Shown here piece after piece: positions 47,523 through 56,565 of a stretch of DNA of 64,000 nucleotides (position 1 is its first letter; every line of letters starts with the position of its first letter). The DNA is taken from the NCBI GenBank assembly GCA_040377305.1, contig JBEIPA010000010.1, positions 1 through 64,000 of the forward strand, in the 5' to 3' direction. The stretch is from Flavobacteriales bacterium (GTDB taxonomy: Bacteria; Bacteroidota; Bacteroidia; Palsa-965). Position numbers and translations under genes: made by a program. The notes below the pieces were generated by a model, which worked only from the letters and a program-made list of their open reading frames with translations, was not told where the DNA came from and made no database searches.

Positions 47523-48038
47523 TTAAAACAACACGCGCACGCTAAATGCACCGTCAACATAAGTATGTGCATGTCCGTAATGGAAATCAATTGCCGGCTT
47601 CAGATCCAGTCCGAGATTCAATGGAATCTCCGTGAAATCGTATTCGAGTCCGATAATTCCGTCAGGTCCGAAACTCGCATGAGACTCCGTGTAGATTACA
47701 TCGCCATGATGATTGTGATTGTGGTGGTGAACACGAACATAATGATTGAACACGCCCAGGTGTGCCCCTAAACCTGCATAGAACTTAAATCCAGGTGCAC
47801 TTGAAAGGGGCGTGTGCCACTCATATAATCCAGTTACTTGTAGTCCACGATAACCCGTATGAAGAATACCTTCAATAGCTCCACGCTCGGTAACAAAATG
47901 TTTAACAGTAATGCCCGGATCGGTTCCGAGTCTTATACCAACCCCAGTCTGTCCCTGTTGTGCGTGCAGTTGGGTAGCTCCTGCAAACAAACACACTGCT
48001 ATCGCAAGCGTGCGGACGTGGTTGTTGAACTTATTCAT
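47523..48038 (-). CDS. Small outer-membrane beta-barrel protein with His-rich loop
   Basis: Signal peptide, GIRLG..GITVKHF, GLEY...IPLNLGLDLKP, terminal F and a HHHNHNHH insert. Confidence 0.82.
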   Translation of the reverse strand: MNKFNNHVRTLAIAVCLFAGATQLHAQQGQTGVGIRLGTDPGITVKHFVTERGAIEGILHTGYRGLQVTGLYEWHTPLSSAPGFKFYAGLGAHLGVFNHYVRVHHHNHNHHGDVIYTESHASFGPDGIIGLEYDFTEIPLNLGLDLKPAIDFHYGHAHTYVDGAFSVRVLF

Positions 48039-48184
48039 AGCCTTCTGTTTCTAGTACAATTCTACGCCGCCGGCATGCGTGGATATGGAGTTTTCGACCC
48101 TTGAAGATGGTACGTCGATTTGTGGCGCGGTTTTTTAGATGCTTTGGTACGACTAACTAAACCCGAACATAAAAATCTAACGCT

Positions 48185-48889
48185 ATGAGTAATAATGTAA
48201 TCAAGTGCCTGATTGTAGATGATGATGAAATGGTTAGACTGGATCTGGAGTCCCGATTGAGTGCATGGCCAGGAATGCAGGTATTAGCGAGCTGCGGAAC
48301 TGCCATGGATGCATCCAAGCTTCTGGTTGACGGTAACCCCGACCTCATTCTTCTTGATATTAATCTTCCCGGCATGAGCGGATTTTCCTTCGTGGAGAAT
48401 GTGGATCTAAAAGACACGCAGGTAGTTCTTATTACCGGCAATAAGGATCATGCGGCAGACGCGTTCGAGTTTGACGTGACTGACTTTCTGGTAAAACCCT
48501 TCACTGATGCACGCTTTATGAAAGCCATGATGCGCGTTTCAAAGAAAAAGTACATCAATGGAAAAGGCGGCAACGCTGTCGATCACATCTTTGTGAAAGT
48601 GAATTCTGTATTGGAGAAAATAGTCCTTACCGACATTCAGTTCATTGAAGCCATGGCTGACTATGTTTCCATTCAGACCATGACGAAGAAATACACGATT
48701 CACTCAACTATGAAGAGCATCGAGAAGAGCTTGCCGGAGTCTGAATTCATTCGTGTTCACAACTCCTATATCGTTCGTCTCGATCAGATCAGTCGTGTTG
48801 AAGACAATTCTGTGATCATTGGTCAGAAGCTCGTTCCAATCAGCAGAGCGCGTCTGAAGCCCTTAATGGATCGACTCAATCTCCTCTAG
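48185..48889 (+). CDS. LytTR-family response regulator
   Basis: REC domain (IVDDD, LDINLP, KPF) and LytTR motif FIRVHNSYIV. Confidence 0.95.
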   Translation: MSNNVIKCLIVDDDEMVRLDLESRLSAWPGMQVLASCGTAMDASKLLVDGNPDLILLDINLPGMSGFSFVENVDLKDTQVVLITGNKDHAADAFEFDVTDFLVKPFTDARFMKAMMRVSKKKYINGKGGNAVDHIFVKVNSVLEKIVLTDIQFIEAMADYVSIQTMTKKYTIHSTMKSIEKSLPESEFIRVHNSYIVRLDQISRVEDNSVIIGQKLVPISRARLKPLMDRLNLL

Positions 48890-48905
48890 TACCGAAATCC
48901 ACTTG

Positions 48906-48949
48906 CAACAAGACATCAGGTAGATGTATTTTACCTGATGTTCTTGTTG
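48906..48949 (+). terminator. Long stem-loop after the response regulator
   Basis: CAACAAGA-CATCAGGTA / TACCTGATG-T-TCTTGTTG. Confidence 0.65.
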
Positions 48950-49172
48950 TTCCTGCCTGTAAAAAATACCCAGTCGCGTACAGGAAATCGCTGATGTTGG
49001 TCTAAGCATCGAATGTTCGGAAGATCATTCCTTAATTAAACGTACAATTGCGTAGTTGTAGTGGCACATAATTTCCCCAGTTCTGTGGATAATATTCCAC
49101 ATATAGTACACAGTGGGAATGCTTTGGACAATGTGCAATAAAAATTAGTGAACACCGTACTAACAAAGGAGT

Positions 49173-49529
49173 ATGATCGGTCACAGTCATCTAAACCTCA
49201 GTTATATCCGCAATCTGTCGGGCGGTAACAACCAATTCCTCGTGCGTATGCTGCAAACTTTTTGCAAAAATGTCCCCCCTGGTATTGATCAGCTTTTGAA
49301 AGCCGCGGATTCCGGAGATTACGACGAAGTAAAGCAGGTTGCGCACAAATTGAAAACTATGTTCCGATACGTTGGTGTAGATCACGTGGCAGAACACCTT
49401 GAGCGGCTAGAATTCCGAAGCCGTGATTTAACAGACACAGAAAGAAAAAATCTGCTTTCTCATATAGAGACCGCATCGAAACGCGCATTAATTGAGGCGC
49501 AGGACGTAATTTTGACTACCCCTGTTTAG
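49173..49529 (+). CDS. Stand-alone Hpt phosphotransfer protein
   Basis: LSYIRNLSGGN...F and AHKLK His motif. Confidence 0.88.
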   Translation: MIGHSHLNLSYIRNLSGGNNQFLVRMLQTFCKNVPPGIDQLLKAADSGDYDEVKQVAHKLKTMFRYVGVDHVAEHLERLEFRSRDLTDTERKNLLSHIETASKRALIEAQDVILTTPV

Positions 49530-49542
49530 GGTCAAAAGATAC

Positions 49543-51753
49543 ATGTCGGGATTTGCAAATAACATTACCGCGAAAGCGTTCGTAGGCTTTCTGATTCTCG
49601 CCCTTGTATTCGGTGTGGGAACCTATTTGATTTACGTTCGGTTAAACGATCTCGATCCTTCTGTTCAGCGCATCAGAGAACCAAACAAACTTATCCGCCT
49701 TTATCGGGAAACCACCAGGAACTCGAATTCTGCAATAACACTTATGAGACGATTTCTGCTCACAAGTGATACAAATTTCCTGCGCGAATTCGATGGGGTT
49801 TGTTTGCAGATTGACCGTGACCTCGATTCGATGCGAAATTTTGCTGCAGAAGATCCGGTGCGTCTTGCCCGTGTGGATTCATTCGCGGTGTTGATCGATC
49901 AGAAGTTGGAGGAATCTACATACGGCATTGCCATGCTGCAAGGCACTAAGCAGATGAGTATGGCTATTGACAATGCATTGCAGATGCTGGCTGTTGCCGA
50001 ACGGAAACGCGAACAAGTGACTGATCAGGCGGACCGCATAGAAATGACCAGTGGAAAAACGGATGTGAAATCTGAAAGCGATGAACAGGCTTCCGTAATT
50101 CCAAAGAATAATTTATGGAGACGAATTCTCACGAAGCGACAGAAGGAAAAAACGGACACATCGTTAAGCATTGAAGCGATTGCATCGATGCTTGATTCAA
50201 TTATTGCCGATACGAATGTTGTAGCGGGGAACAAAGTTACACCACCAACTCCCGTAGAGGTAGACACGATCAATCGCGCAATGCAAATCGCAGACGAACT
50301 TACCCGGGCTAAAACAGAAGATTACAAAGCGCGCGAAGCTCAACTGGAAAGTGAACTTCAACTTCTTGCTCAGCGGCGTACAACTGATAGTTTGATCACT
50401 GAGTTAGGTATACGAATTTCTCAGGCCGAGAACCAGGCGATTGCCGACCTGATCGGAGACGCATCTGTTGAAGTACGTTCCGCAACGTCTAACATTATCA
50501 CCATTCTGGGTATCGGCGCAGTTGTTCTGATTCTTTTATTCACGATACTCATTCGCGCTGATGTTAAACGTAATGCGAAGCTTCAGGAGCAAATGTCGGA
50601 AGCACGTTTAGCGGCTGAAAATCTCGCTAAAACCAGAGAGGAATTTGCCGCAAATATGAGCCATGAAATCCGGGGTCCATTGAACTCCATCATGGGTATT
50701 TCAGAACAACTCACCAAGAATCCGGGTACTGGAAATCATAAACTCGTAGAAGGATTATTAAGTTCATCACAGCATTTGCTCGGACTTATTAATCCGGTTC
50801 TTGATGTAACCCGATTGAATTCCGGAAAGATCGAATTCGAAATTCATCCCATTGATGTGCGGGAAACTCTGTCCGACGTTCACCGTGCATTCCGGGTATC
50901 TGCAGCAGAAAAGGTAGTGGCACTTGAAGTACTGGTTGGACACGACGTTCCAAAAACGGTAATGGGCGATGATGTTCGCTTGCGACAAATCTTATTCAAC
51001 CTCGTTGGAAATGCAATTAAGTTCACCGATAAAGGCAGTGTTACAATTGCGTGCGAGAATCTCGGATCCGGAAAAAACAATACTATTACTCTGCGTTTCA
51101 AAGTTACCGATACGGGCATTGGAATTGAGCCAAGTGCAATCAATCGCATATTTGACGAGTATGCACAGGCCGATAGCACAATCACACGGAAGTTTGGAGG
51201 AACAGGTTTAGGATTATCTATTTCAAGAAAACTCGTTGAACAGCAAAACGGAAAAATTGCGGTGAAGAGTGAAGTTGGCGAAGGAAGTGAATTCTGTTTT
51301 GACATTCCGTTTGAAGTTGCACCACTGGTCGCTGCAACCTTTGAGAAAAAAACGGTACACGCACAAGTGTTCAAAGGAAAAGAAATCCTGATCTGTGATG
51401 ATGATGAAATGAATCGATTGCTCGCTGGAATGATCATTGCTAATCACGGCGGAACAGTAACAGAATGTGGCGACGGAGAGGAAGTTGTAAAAAAACTCAA
51501 GTCCAATAATTACGATTTGCTGGTACTGGATATCAACCTTCCGGGCATGGATGGAAAGGCAACTGTAGCTGAGTTACGTTTAATCGGAAAGAAACTCCCA
51601 GTGATTGCTGTAACCGGTAACGCTCATGAGGAGGCCCACTTCAGAGAAGCCGGTTTTGATGGGATAATTATAAAGCCTTATCAGGAATCAGAACTGATTT
51701 CGGTCATGAATTCCTTCATTGGTACACAGGAAGACCAAAAAATCGGCAATTAA
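49543..51753 (+). CDS. Hybrid sensor histidine kinase (periplasmic helical sensor, HisKA, HATPase, REC)
   Basis: Two TMs; NMSHEIRGPL, NLVGNAIKFT, DTGIGI, GGTGLGL and receiver LDINLPGMDG. Confidence 0.95.
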   Translation: MSGFANNITAKAFVGFLILALVFGVGTYLIYVRLNDLDPSVQRIREPNKLIRLYRETTRNSNSAITLMRRFLLTSDTNFLREFDGVCLQIDRDLDSMRNFAAEDPVRLARVDSFAVLIDQKLEESTYGIAMLQGTKQMSMAIDNALQMLAVAERKREQVTDQADRIEMTSGKTDVKSESDEQASVIPKNNLWRRILTKRQKEKTDTSLSIEAIASMLDSIIADTNVVAGNKVTPPTPVEVDTINRAMQIADELTRAKTEDYKAREAQLESELQLLAQRRTTDSLITELGIRISQAENQAIADLIGDASVEVRSATSNIITILGIGAVVLILLFTILIRADVKRNAKLQEQMSEARLAAENLAKTREEFAANMSHEIRGPLNSIMGISEQLTKNPGTGNHKLVEGLLSSSQHLLGLINPVLDVTRLNSGKIEFEIHPIDVRETLSDVHRAFRVSAAEKVVALEVLVGHDVPKTVMGDDVRLRQILFNLVGNAIKFTDKGSVTIACENLGSGKNNTITLRFKVTDTGIGIEPSAINRIFDEYAQADSTITRKFGGTGLGLSISRKLVEQQNGKIAVKSEVGEGSEFCFDIPFEVAPLVAATFEKKTVHAQVFKGKEILICDDDEMNRLLAGMIIANHGGTVTECGDGEEVVKKLKSNNYDLLVLDINLPGMDGKATVAELRLIGKKLPVIAVTGNAHEEAHFREAGFDGIIIKPYQESELISVMNSFIGTQEDQKIGN

Positions 51754-51844
51754 CTTTTCCTGATCTAAGTTATTTTCGAAACTGACGACCGTCATAGGTG
51801 TGTGATTGAGGCGCATATAATTTCGCTTTATCAAATCAACTCTT

Positions 51845-52093
51845 ATGAACAAGAACAAAATTGTTGCAGCGATTATCGCAATCCTCCTTTACGTAGGACC
51901 ATTCTATTACCTGTTTATCCGAAACAATGGAAGCGACATTGTTGACACCGGAAAAGAAATGCTGGTCGGTGTAAGTTGGATACTTGGAATGATTGTGGCA
52001 TTTTATTTTGCCGTGAACCAACCACTCAAAACGAAGAGCGCCGCATCTGCCGTTAAAAAACACACTGCAGAAAAACTCAACAAAGCTGCATAG
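51845..52093 (+). CDS. Small two-TM membrane protein
   Basis: 82 aa with two hydrophobic helices and a basic tail. Confidence 0.65.
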   Translation: MNKNKIVAAIIAILLYVGPFYYLFIRNNGSDIVDTGKEMLVGVSWILGMIVAFYFAVNQPLKTKSAASAVKKHTAEKLNKAA

Positions 52094-52249
52094 TCCACTC
52101 TGAACGTTTGTATATTGTCGTATGCAATTCGCCAATGCGACCCAGGCTGATGCCGAATACACAAACGGATTTCGTGAAACTATTTCGGTTGTGTAACGAT
52201 ACTTCGACCTGGAGCCAGGTTCGCAACAGCTATATATTCACGGATATTT

Positions 52250-52420
52250 ATGAGTGAACAGAAAAAAGAATGTCCTTCTTGTGCTATGCAGATTGGAGCC
52301 GAATCCAAGGTGTGCCCCATTTGTGAATATGAGTTTCCTGTCCACACCAAATATCAGTGGATAGCAGGAATCATGCTTTTTACCGGCATTTTAGTGATCA
52401 TCTACTATTTGATCAGGTGA
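52250..52420 (+). CDS. Small zinc-ribbon membrane protein (not in the ORF track)
   Basis: MSEQKKECPSCAMQIGAESKVCPICEYEFP...WIAGIMLFTGILVIIYYLIR*: two CPxC motifs plus a C-terminal TM. Confidence 0.8.
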   Translation: MSEQKKECPSCAMQIGAESKVCPICEYEFPVHTKYQWIAGIMLFTGILVIIYYLIR

Positions 52421-52476
52421 TAATCTTGCAGTTCTGCGGAGCCTTCGTAAATTAGGTCCGTAACTGCTGGTCCACA

Positions 52477-53475
52477 ATGAAGAGATTATTTCGCTTAACA
52501 CTTCCCGTAAGTGTTTGTAGCACTTTTTTACTGCTCACGTTTAGCGGGTGCAACAAAGAAACGATGGAAGTGGATGTGCAGTTTGTTGAGGCAACTGCGA
52601 GCAGAACTTTTACCACACCTATCACAGAAATTTCATTCGGTTATAGTTCCGATGGGATGCTGGTCACAAGCAACCGGAAAAAAATATACGAGACCGGTAA
52701 CTATGGAACGACTTGGGCCCTTTGCACAACTTTCACTGCGACCAGCTGTTTTGTTGATCAAGTTAGATATACAAACACCGGCACTCTACCCTACTTCATT
52801 TATCATCCCAGCTCCGGCGGACTCGCTCAGATGTACACGAGTATAATCGGGAACTGTTCATACAATGATCAGATCATCTCTTCAGGGAACACGATCGTTC
52901 ACAGCTTTTACAATTCTTCGAGTGGCTATGCATATATCAAGCTTCCGTCGAATAATTATGGACTCGCACAAACTACCGACTTTGGTCAAACGTATACTTA
53001 CCTCTATCCGTCTCCGGTTATTGGCCCGTTCATGCAGTTCACCAGTTCTACTACGGGTTATGCAATAACAGATCAAGACAACTTTTCCAGAACCACTAAC
53101 GGAGGTCTTACGTGGACCGCCACGTTTGGAACCGTTAAGGAGTGCACCAAAGTCACACCAAACGGATTGTGTTTTCTGATTGGTGATGACGAAAAAATAC
53201 GCAAGTCAACCGATTTCGGATTAACATGGACGATATGTTTGAGCGATCCGGGTGGAAATAATTACGAAGCCATTGCGTGTTCAGACAACGGACTTGTAGT
53301 TGTAGCAGCACAAGGTCAGTTGTTGTGTTCACGAGATTTCGGTGCAACATGGAAGTATCTGAAATTCGGAACTTCTTCCATCACACTTACACGCTTGTTG
53401 ATACTTAGTGATGGTTCTGTAATCGGTATCAACGGAAAGACAGTGAGCAAGTACATAATTCCGGAAACGCTGTGA
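52477..53475 (+). CDS. BNR/Asp-box (YCF48-like) beta-propeller lipoprotein
   Basis: Lipobox FSGC; repeats TTDFGQTY, TTNGGLTW, STDFGLTW and SRDFGATW. Confidence 0.85.
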   Translation: MKRLFRLTLPVSVCSTFLLLTFSGCNKETMEVDVQFVEATASRTFTTPITEISFGYSSDGMLVTSNRKKIYETGNYGTTWALCTTFTATSCFVDQVRYTNTGTLPYFIYHPSSGGLAQMYTSIIGNCSYNDQIISSGNTIVHSFYNSSSGYAYIKLPSNNYGLAQTTDFGQTYTYLYPSPVIGPFMQFTSSTTGYAITDQDNFSRTTNGGLTWTATFGTVKECTKVTPNGLCFLIGDDEKIRKSTDFGLTWTICLSDPGGNNYEAIACSDNGLVVVAAQGQLLCSRDFGATWKYLKFGTSSITLTRLLILSDGSVIGINGKTVSKYIIPETL

Positions 53476-54167
53476 AAAAATTCCTCGTACTATTTTTTCT
53501 CACCTGCGGCTCTTCATTGTTTGCTCAGGCGTTCCGTATTGAAATTGGATATAGTCAACTGCGGTATTCACAAATTGGTGCTCTATATTTTGCAAGTCCG
53601 AGCCATGTGCCCACCTGGTACGATATAGCAACAGTAAATCGCGAACTGAAAAGTCCAGGCTTTATATTCAATGGTTATTACCCATTGAATTTTGGAAAGA
53701 AATCGTATGAGATTTTTTCATTTGGTCCTCAAATCGGATTGGCGATGAACGTGTCACACACCACATATTCGGTAGATCTGAATTACCGTAAGTTGCCTTC
53801 TAAAATGAACATGCGCATCCCGCTGATGTTTTCGGTTCGTCTCGGAAGTACTAGTGCTGTGTATCAACGAAAACTTGGAATCGCCATTGCAGGTGGAATT
53901 GAAATGATGCAGCTCCAGTTGGCTGATCAGACTGGTACATTTTACCTGCCGGTAATTCAATCAAGCTTTGCCATCAACCGATTTATGTTCAATGTGAATG
54001 CGTATCCCATGGACATTGAAAGTATGTACACAATCAATGGTGCAGACGTCCCGCGTCTTACCACATCGTTACTTGAGTTTCAGTTTGTGATCGCAATTGA
54101 CGGTAATCCACCGCGCTATCACAACGATGCTCCGAAGAAAGGGAAAAACCGATCGCGCAGGCGTTAA
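53472..54167 (+). CDS. Predicted small outer-membrane beta-barrel protein
   Basis: Signal peptide ending FAQ, amphipathic beta strands, basic tail; GTGA overlap with the upstream gene. Confidence 0.68.
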   Translation: MKKFLVLFFLTCGSSLFAQAFRIEIGYSQLRYSQIGALYFASPSHVPTWYDIATVNRELKSPGFIFNGYYPLNFGKKSYEIFSFGPQIGLAMNVSHTTYSVDLNYRKLPSKMNMRIPLMFSVRLGSTSAVYQRKLGIAIAGGIEMMQLQLADQTGTFYLPVIQSSFAINRFMFNVNAYPMDIESMYTINGADVPRLTTSLLEFQFVIAIDGNPPRYHNDAPKKGKNRSRRR

Positions 54168-54224
54168 GTCCAGGTAGTTTTGCCATGTATTGGCAAAAGG
54201 CTAATTTCGGGTTGCTCGTTTCTC

Positions 54225-55223
54225 ATGACAAATAACCGCACTTTTCATTCTTTACGGTATGTGTTCATTGCTGCATGCATTGCATTCTGTGTCAATTCCT
54301 GTCGTACAGATGAGGTAATCGAAGTGGATATCAAAAAAGCGTCTGTTGTGGTATTGGAACCATTTACTCAGGCTCTTTACAATTTGACGTTCGTGGATTC
54401 CATGCGTGGAATGTTAATCATGAACAGAAGAGTTTACAGAACAACAGATGGCGGACTTACATGGTCCATATCGTACACCCCGGTGACGAATGCTTATGTA
54501 GACAAAATCAGATATGTAACTCCGACCCAAGCGTATTTCGTTTATTACTCTAACTCTTCTGCATTTGGCCGAATGTATTCCAGTTCCAATGGAGGAAGTT
54601 CATGGCAACCTCAATTTCAGTTTGGTGGCGCCTCACTAACTCCTGCATTTTATTCGGCAACGTCTGGTTACGCATATGGCAGAGTACCATCTGGTAGCTA
54701 CGGATTTCATTCCACCGTAGATGGTGGTGCGACATACACGTACCTGTATCCATGCAGTGTCCTCGGTCCACAAATGTACTTTACCAATTCACAAACGGGA
54801 TACGCTATCATGGACTCTGAAGCTTTTGCCAAAACCTCGAATGCAGGGCAAACATGGACTGCAACATTTCATGGGTGCAGAAAATTTACAGAAGTTACTC
54901 CAGTGGGCACCTGCTATCTCATCAACGATCAATTCAAAATTTACAAGTCAACAGATTTTGGCACTACATGGAATCTATGCTTCGAAGATCCCGGCGTTGA
55001 TTATCTCCGCGATATTGTTTGCCTGGATAACGGACTCGTGGTTGTTTCTGCCGATGAAAAACTATTGTGTTCACGTGATGGTGGTGTTTCCTGGTCGTAT
55101 TTGAGTCTGGATGAAAACGTACAATACCTTGACGATTTATATATCCGGAACAATACGACAGTCATCGCACGTAGTTCTGTTACAAACACAGTTGTACGTA
55201 TATCTATACCTGCAGATTTGTGA
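54225..55223 (+). CDS. Paralogous BNR/Asp-box beta-propeller lipoprotein
   Basis: Lipobox VNSC; TTDGGLTW, SSNGGSSW and STDFGTTW; shares YTYLYP..V.GP and LLCSRD with 52477-53475. Confidence 0.85.
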   Translation: MTNNRTFHSLRYVFIAACIAFCVNSCRTDEVIEVDIKKASVVVLEPFTQALYNLTFVDSMRGMLIMNRRVYRTTDGGLTWSISYTPVTNAYVDKIRYVTPTQAYFVYYSNSSAFGRMYSSSNGGSSWQPQFQFGGASLTPAFYSATSGYAYGRVPSGSYGFHSTVDGGATYTYLYPCSVLGPQMYFTNSQTGYAIMDSEAFAKTSNAGQTWTATFHGCRKFTEVTPVGTCYLINDQFKIYKSTDFGTTWNLCFEDPGVDYLRDIVCLDNGLVVVSADEKLLCSRDGGVSWSYLSLDENVQYLDDLYIRNNTTVIARSSVTNTVVRISIPADL

Positions 55224-55915
55224 GAAAGCTATTAATCATATTTCTCGTTGTGTCTGTGCAATCGCTGATGGCACAACTCGTACGCATTGAATTTGGCGGA
55301 AGTTTCCTGATTAATTCTCAGTCTGGAACTGTTTTCGCGCAGGATGTATCTCATTCTCCGGCGTGGTATGATGAGATAAAGATTGAACGACGTTTGTGGC
55401 AACCAACATTCAGTGCACTACTGTATTACCCGATCAACTTCGGCAAACAGTCTTACGAACGGTTTTCTTATGGAATACAAACTGGAGTAGCATTAGGACT
55501 CACGACTCCCGGAAGAGCGTACGACCAGGCGCACTTTACCGAAAACAGCACAGTTCCATTTAGAATTCCGCTTATGGTGATGTTAAGAACCGGCAGCTGC
55601 AATGCACTCTATGATAAAAAACTCGGGCTGGCTTTTGGAGGAGGTGTTGAAATTATTTCATTGAGCTTTGCTGACGAATATGCCAAATTTATTGCTCCGG
55701 TAATTCAGATCGGTTTCGGGATCAAGCGTTCGACAACTTCATTAAACATTTTTCCAACTGCGCTTACAAGCAGCTATCTGAACAATGGTTCTACAACGAA
55801 ACGACTCACGAACAAGCTCATCGAATTCCGGTTTTCGTTAGCGATCGAGTGTACATCCAGTCGCTACCGACGATCGACCGGGATGAAACTTTACCGGAAC
55901 AGATCAGGCAGGTAA
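55220..55915 (+). CDS. Paralogous predicted beta-barrel protein
   Basis: 231 aa like 53472-54167; shares SH.P.WYD, YYP.NFGK.SYE.FS, RIPLM and KLG.A..GG.E. Confidence 0.68.
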   Translation: MRKLLIIFLVVSVQSLMAQLVRIEFGGSFLINSQSGTVFAQDVSHSPAWYDEIKIERRLWQPTFSALLYYPINFGKQSYERFSYGIQTGVALGLTTPGRAYDQAHFTENSTVPFRIPLMVMLRTGSCNALYDKKLGLAFGGGVEIISLSFADEYAKFIAPVIQIGFGIKRSTTSLNIFPTALTSSYLNNGSTTKRLTNKLIEFRFSLAIECTSSRYRRSTGMKLYRNRSGR

Positions 55916-56178
55916 TAGTCCAGATATTACGCTGAATCATCGCCAGTAAAATAGCGCGTTTACACAATTTTACACCTTCGAAATTTCACGTTTTTAGGTT
56001 ACAACAATTCGGTTAAATGAGGTGAAAAAATCACCTTTACTTTTCCCCGAATTTGAGTCCAGTTGTACCAAAAAATGCCCAGTTACAAACTGGCAAACCG
56101 ATTTAACGAAACTTAAACGCCATTTTATCGCCGCGGCATAGTTTTTCCACGTTATATAAGTGAGAAATACCCTATGCC

Positions 56179-56565
56179 ATGAACTATCAGGACAACGAAG
56201 ATTGTATAGCGGTTTGCTTGGGCACTGCATCATTCTGCAATCACACCGCACTCTGGTGCACCGATGTTGAAACACATCGCGTAGAAATGAAGAAATGTAT
56301 TGAGCTTACACTTGAATGTGCAGCGCTATGTGCCGCCACTGCTCAACTCATCAGTATGGGAAGTGAACGCGCGAAAGACTTGTGCCGGTTGTGCGCCGAA
56401 GTTTGCGAAGCCTGTGAAGCACAGTGTAGCAAATTTAACAGCGAAACTTTAATTGCGTGCGCTGAGCTATGTCGTAAATGCTCGACAATATGTCGCGCAG
56501 TATATTCAAAACATTACACCGATTGGTTTCCTGGATTTGATCAGGACAGAATCGGATTGAATTAA
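56179..56565 (+). CDS. Cys-rich four-helix-bundle copper storage protein (Csp3/DUF326-like)
   Basis: 16 Cys in CxxC/CxxxC helical spacing; no signal peptide. Confidence 0.85.
   Translation: MNYQDNEDCIAVCLGTASFCNHTALWCTDVETHRVEMKKCIELTLECAALCAATAQLISMGSERAKDLCRLCAEVCEACEAQCSKFNSETLIACAELCRKCSTICRAVYSKHYTDWFPGFDQDRIGLN

Noticed and set aside
56059-56084. CCAGTT direct repeat upstream of the copper-storage gene as a LytTR site
   Set aside because: Only 6 bp at 20-bp spacing, which could be chance.
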